Shown: positions 60,378 to 64,000 of the stretch, one piece after another
Layout: every line of letters starts with the position of its first letter
Numbering within the stretch: the first letter of the stretch is position 1
From: an uncultured Alphaproteobacteria bacterium
GTDB lineage: Bacteria > Pseudomonadota > Alphaproteobacteria > HIMB59 > GCA-002718135
Reading direction: 5' to 3'
DNA length: 64,000 nucleotides
Assembly: GCA_902615625.1 (NCBI GenBank)
Contig: CACMPM010000002.1
Location: forward strand, 28,472-92,471
Translations under genes and position numbers: made by a program
Notes under the pieces: model-generated
Database searches by the model: none
The model's input: only the letters and a program-made list of their open reading frames with translations
Told to the model about the DNA's origin: nothing

Positions 60378-60985
60378 ATAATATAAATGGACCTTTAAAA
60401 GTTGGTATTGGTGGTGGAATAGGGACTGGCAAAACGAGTTTAACAGAATCATTATGTCGTCATTTATCTAAAAAAGTTTCTATGGCTGTTATTTCAAATG
60501 ATATTTATACAACTGAAGATGCTGAATATTTAATGAAAGCTCAAGTTCTACCTATAGAGAGAATAAAAGGTGTTGAAACTGGAGGTTGTCCACATACTGC
60601 TATTAGAGAAGATTGTAGCATTAATTTACTTGCAGTGGATGAGATGAAAAAGAAATTTCCAGATCTTGAATTAATACTTATTGAATCAGGTGGTGACAAT
60701 TTAGCAGCAACTTTTAGTCCAGAGTTAGTTGATTTAACAATTTATATGATTGATGTGGCTCAAGGCGCAGACATACCAAGAAAAAAAGCACCTGCTATTA
60801 GGAAGTCTGATTTACTCGTCATTAATAAAATTGATCTTGCTCCATATGTAAATGTTGATTTAGAGCGAATGAAAGAAGATGTGAATGAAGCCAGAAATGG
60901 TTTACCGTATATTTTTGGTGAAATGAAAAATAATAACGGAATTGAAAAAATTTCTGACTTCCTAATATCTCAAGGTGGGCTATAA
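60374..60985 (+). CDS. ureG: Urease accessory GTPase UreG
   Basis: P-loop [29 protein letters not shown]. Confidence 0.95.
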   Translation: MNNINGPLKVGIGGGIGTGKTSLTESLCRHLSKKVSMAVISNDIYTTEDAEYLMKAQVLPIERIKGVETGGCPHTAIREDCSINLLAVDEMKKKFPDLELILIESGGDNLAATFSPELVDLTIYMIDVAQGADIPRKKAPAIRKSDLLVINKIDLAPYVNVDLERMKEDVNEARNGLPYIFGEMKNNNGIEKISDFLISQGGL

Positions 60986-61243
60986 CTATTCTACTTTTTG
61001 CAAAGAATACACCGTATCTGTACTATTAAACTTTGAATCAAATTCTTTTGATTTTGGATCATCAAATAAAGCATAAAATTTTTCTTCATCGGTAACATTA
61101 CACATAATCATCACGTGGCCATCTTTCACAAAAGCCATATCAAATGCATCAGTATATTTTGCAATATCATCTTTGAAAAAATTATATAATTCCATGTAAT
61201 CTTCCTTGGTAAAAGATCCTTTGGATACAACACATAAATTCAT
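60986..61243 (-). CDS. Hypothetical acidic protein, 85 aa, downstream of a SAM-II riboswitch
   Basis: AGGAG RBS at 61250-61254; beta-alpha-beta-beta-alpha-beta pattern. Confidence 0.8.
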   Translation of the reverse strand: MNLCVVSKGSFTKEDYMELYNFFKDDIAKYTDAFDMAFVKDGHVMIMCNVTDEEKFYALFDDPKSKEFDSKFNSTDTVYSLQKVE

Positions 61244-61254
61244 AATTATCTCCT

Positions 61255-61293
61255 AAAAAAAATATCCTCACCATTTTTCTTAATGGGAGGATA
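61255..61293 (-). terminator. Intrinsic terminator in the leader (riboswitch expression platform)
   Basis: Minus strand UAUCCUCCCAUU...AAUGG(U)GAGGAUA, 12 bp with a 1-nt bulge, then U8, directly before the RBS. Confidence 0.75.
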
Positions 61294-61306
61294 AATTTAT
61301 ACGTAT

Positions 61307-61350
61307 CTCATTTTAGCTGCTTGTAAACCGCAATAGAGTCAAATCGTTTA
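61307..61350 (-). promoter_or_regulatory. SAM-II riboswitch aptamer
   Basis: Minus strand UAAAC-GAUUUGA-CUC-UAUUGC-G-GUUUA-CAA-GCAGCUAAAAU-GAG: P1 UAAAC/GUUUA, pseudoknot UUGC/GCAG and CUC/GAG, conserved GAUUU and GCUAAA. Confidence 0.82.
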
Positions 61351-61409
61351 TTATTATTAAATAATATTTAATTATTAAAATTCAATTAGAATTAGAGAAT
61401 TAATAGTTA

Positions 61410-61814
61410 CTACTCATATTTATCAGAATACAAATACGGTATCCCAATAACTAAAATAATATAGAAAACCATAAAGCCTGCAATAAGAGGTAATACTTCT
61501 CCAGCTGGTACTGTACTAAAAGGACCGATGACAAATCCATAAATCACAAAAAGAATATTTAAACCTACTAAATAATATCCACCACTTCTTTTCATACTGT
61601 ACAACATATAAATTGTGTAAGCGATTGCTAATTGAAAAACTATACTCACAATAAAATCTAAAGTAGAAAGTTGAACATTAAAATCTCCTACAGGTGGTTG
61701 CACACCTTGTCCGGAAAAATATCCATACGTAATTCGATAAGACGTATCAATAAAATCAAGAGAGATAAGGATTAACATAATCCAATGGAGAGGTTTAAAT
61801 AATCTTTCTTTCAT
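61410..61814 (-). CDS. Hypothetical membrane protein
   Basis: 4 TM segments. Confidence 0.7.
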   Translation of the reverse strand: MKERLFKPLHWIMLILISLDFIDTSYRITYGYFSGQGVQPPVGDFNVQLSTLDFIVSIVFQLAIAYTIYMLYSMKRSGGYYLVGLNILFVIYGFVIGPFSTVPAGEVLPLIAGFMVFYIILVIGIPYLYSDKYE

Positions 61815-61831
61815 ACTAACAAATATAATTA

Positions 61832-62281
61832 CTAATCTTTTTTAATTGCTTCTTGTAATGAATTATTTTCTTCTGATGGTTTTGAGTCTTTTTTAATAGG
61901 CTGTATCTTATCAGATTTTTTAATATCACCACTGATTTGACCACCAAGTTTAATTTGTAAATTTTGATACTCAATGTCACCAGAAGCAACTCCCTGCTCT
62001 TGAATTGTTAAGGTACCAGAAGCTTTTATTTCACCATCAAATTTTCCCCATATGTCAGCATTATGTGTTTCTATATTTCCTTTACAATCTCCAGTAGCGC
62101 CAATAACTACATTATCAGTTTTCATAGTAACATCTGCTTCACCATCAATCTGAACTTCATCAGCTTTTTTAATTTCACCATTAATAGTTACGCCGTGACC
62201 AATTACAACTTTTGCCGATCCCTTTGCAGGTCTAAATACATCAGTTGTTGAATTTGAATTATCATCTTTTTTATCAAACAT
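61832..62281 (-). CDS. Bactofilin (polymer-forming cytoskeletal protein)
   Basis: VIGHGVTINGEI...VQIDG...G.I beta-helix repeats; GGGAGG RBS. Confidence 0.9.
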   Translation of the reverse strand: MFDKKDDNSNSTTDVFRPAKGSAKVVIGHGVTINGEIKKADEVQIDGEADVTMKTDNVVIGATGDCKGNIETHNADIWGKFDGEIKASGTLTIQEQGVASGDIEYQNLQIKLGGQISGDIKKSDKIQPIKKDSKPSEENNSLQEAIKKD

Positions 62282-62390
62282 TATACCTCCCTATAGTTTT
62301 GTTAATGCAGGTAATCTACAACTGCTATAATTAGGTTAGATAATTAGCATATAAGCATTAATATTTGAAGATTTATATAATTTTTACAGG

Positions 62391-63074
62391 TTATTTTTGA
62401 TGATTTACAACATCAACAAGGATGGCAATTACCAAATTCAATATTGTAATTGAGCAAATTGAAATAAAGCTAAAGAAGTAAATCCAAGCCCACCAATAGA
62501 TAGCCTGCATAGGGAGCATTACATTTTCCCAACTTGATAATGTTAATACTTGGAATAATGTAATAAGTGAAATACCAAGATCAGCCCATCTATTAGGATC
62601 ATCTTCGCCAAATAAAATTGATCCCATTGTTGCGTAAATATAAAGAATTATAAACAAAAGTAGGCTAACAAAAAAAACTCTTTTTATAGATGTAAGAATA
62701 GCTTCAATAATTTTTTTTAATTCTGGTATTACAGATATTAATCGTAAAACTCTAAAAATTCGTAAAAGACGTAAAACTAAAAAACTTGAATTATTTGGAA
62801 TAGGTATAAGAGAAATAGCTACAATTATTGTATCAAATACATTCCAACCATCTTTGAAGAAGTTTTTCTTTTCCTTTTCTCCTATAAAACGAATTAGTAT
62901 TTCAATAACAAAAAAAATTGTAATGGCATAATCTAGTAAGTGGATAGTATTTAAAAAAATTGGATCTAATTGATATGTCGTTGCACCAATAAGTATTGCA
63001 TTAAGAATAATTATAATGACAACTGAAAATTGAAAAATTCGATTATCTTTTAATTTTGAAAAAAAATTAATCAT
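62391..63074 (-). CDS. Voltage-gated cation channel, BacNav-like
   Basis: FFKDGWNVFD, S4 RLLRIFRVLRL, pore TLFQVLTLSSWE, S6 LNLVIAI. Confidence 0.9.
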   Translation of the reverse strand: MINFFSKLKDNRIFQFSVVIIIILNAILIGATTYQLDPIFLNTIHLLDYAITIFFVIEILIRFIGEKEKKNFFKDGWNVFDTIIVAISLIPIPNNSSFLVLRLLRIFRVLRLISVIPELKKIIEAILTSIKRVFFVSLLLFIILYIYATMGSILFGEDDPNRWADLGISLITLFQVLTLSSWENVMLPMQAIYWWAWIYFFSFISICSITILNLVIAILVDVVNHQK

Positions 63075-64000
63075 TTTAAATTAACAAATGCTAAAGATGC
63101 TGTATCTTCTAAAAATAAAACTAGACCATTTTCTATTTTAATCATATCTCTGATTCTTTCACCTATATTTATTCTTTCTAAATTATCAATTTTGTTATGA
63201 TTTATTAAATCAAAAAAATAAATTGAATTATCTTTTAATGACGCAACAACATATTTATTTTTTTCATCTAAGCCTATAATTTGAGATATACCTATTGATG
63301 GATTAAAATATTTTATAGGTTCAATGAAACCATATTCAGAATGAGATTTATGTAAAGGATATTTTAAATATTTTTTTTTATTACGTTCTGCTTTTTTTCC
63401 ACCATAATGTTCACCATAAGAAGAAATTGCCCATCCATAATTTGGAGTGGTATTCTCATTTAATTGAATTAAATTAATTTCATCTCCACCTTCTGGACCA
63501 TGTTCAGCTTCTAGTAAAAAATTATTTTCCCTATTATAAAATAAGCCTTGAGGATTTCGATGCCCCATACTTATTATTGAATAATCTTTATTATTTTTAC
63601 TAATTTTAATTACTTTGCCAAATATACTATTTTTATTTTGAACTCTATGTCGACTTCTAAAATCTCCAGTAGATAACAAAACAGTATCTTTATTAAGATT
63701 AGTAATCCGCCCTCCAGATTGATGAGCATTAAATTCTTTATCTATATTTTTATCTACATGCACACATTCATCAGAGGTAAATAAAATATCAAATTCAATG
63801 AAATCATAATTCATTTTTCCTTCGAGAAGACTTGTGTTCCAGCAATTTGAAGTAACTTCTCTTGTGTAGGAGACATAAATGTCATCTTCAAATATTTGTA
63901 TATCTTTTGTAGAATACCAACCGCCTTCAAGCCAATCAAAATCATGTTGTCTTGATTTTTTAAATTGATCCTCGTTAATAAATTCATGAATATTTGTGTT
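63071..64000 (-). CDS. PQQ-dependent sugar dehydrogenase (GSDH/YliI-like), 5' end outside the window
   Basis: HQSGGRI, GHRNPQGL, EHGPEGGDEIN, NYGW, RIRD; the frame stays open from 63814 to 64000. Confidence 0.88.
   Translation of the reverse strand, partial: NTNIHEFINEDQFKKSRQHDFDWLEGGWYSTKDIQIFEDDIYVSYTREVTSNCWNTSLLEGKMNYDFIEFDILFTSDECVHVDKNIDKEFNAHQSGGRITNLNKDTVLLSTGDFRSRHRVQNKNSIFGKVIKISKNNKDYSIISMGHRNPQGLFYNRENNFLLEAEHGPEGGDEINLIQLNENTTPNYGWAISSYGEHYGGKKAERNKKKYLKYPLHKSHSEYGFIEPIKYFNPSIGISQIIGLDEKNKYVVASLKDNSIYFFDLINHNKIDNLERINIGERIRDMIKIENGLVLFLEDTASLAFVNLK

Noticed and set aside
4208-62251. Short ORF-track entries overlapping larger genes (e.g. 4208-4423, 13541-13729, 17220-17423, 27522-27731, 39490-39765, 43850-44212, 58737-59162, 62063-62251)
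   Set aside because: Antisense or alternate-frame shadows of well-supported genes, with no RBS or recognisable motifs
62300-62330. GCAG...CTGC hairpin upstream of bactofilin
   Set aside because: Short imperfect stem, no U-tract and no match to a riboswitch I recognise
63071-63814. ORF-track start at 63814 implying a truncated dehydrogenase or pseudogene
   Set aside because: The frame is open to the window edge, so the gene simply starts outside the window

Overview
AT-rich (roughly one quarter G+C by eye), gene-dense 64 kb segment of a streamlined marine alphaproteobacterial chromosome (SAR11/HIMB59-like lifestyle; the taxon is an inference). No mobile element, integrase or CRISPR array is visible. 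Left third: partial selO, four DMT/EamA transporters, 2OG-Fe(II) oxygenases, an orphan tupA, an apiose dehydrogenase/apionate lactonase-like operon, a cNMP/acyltransferase/SGNH fusion, a photolyase lacking the Fe-S cysteines and pcs. Middle: a circularly permuted ATP-grasp / alpha-E / transglutaminase operon preceded by two tandem glutamine (glnA-motif) riboswitch aptamers and a translationally coupled 20-codon uORF, then a sugar kinase/ABC cluster. Right half: a large organic-nitrogen scavenging region (mirror-duplicated hydantoinase-A + DUF917 pairs around a split polyamine-type ABC transporter, twin racemases with near-identical DNA tracts, amidase, carbamoylase, tRNA-Arg(CCT), DDAH, ureDABCEFG). 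Near the end, a SAM-II riboswitch with a terminator sits upstream of an 85-aa protein of unknown function. The best leads are non-coding: the tandem glutamine riboswitch on the ATP-grasp system, the SAM-II-controlled orphan protein, and two related covarying stem elements at about 7.8 and 10.2 kb. All family calls come from motif recognition by eye; no searches were run.
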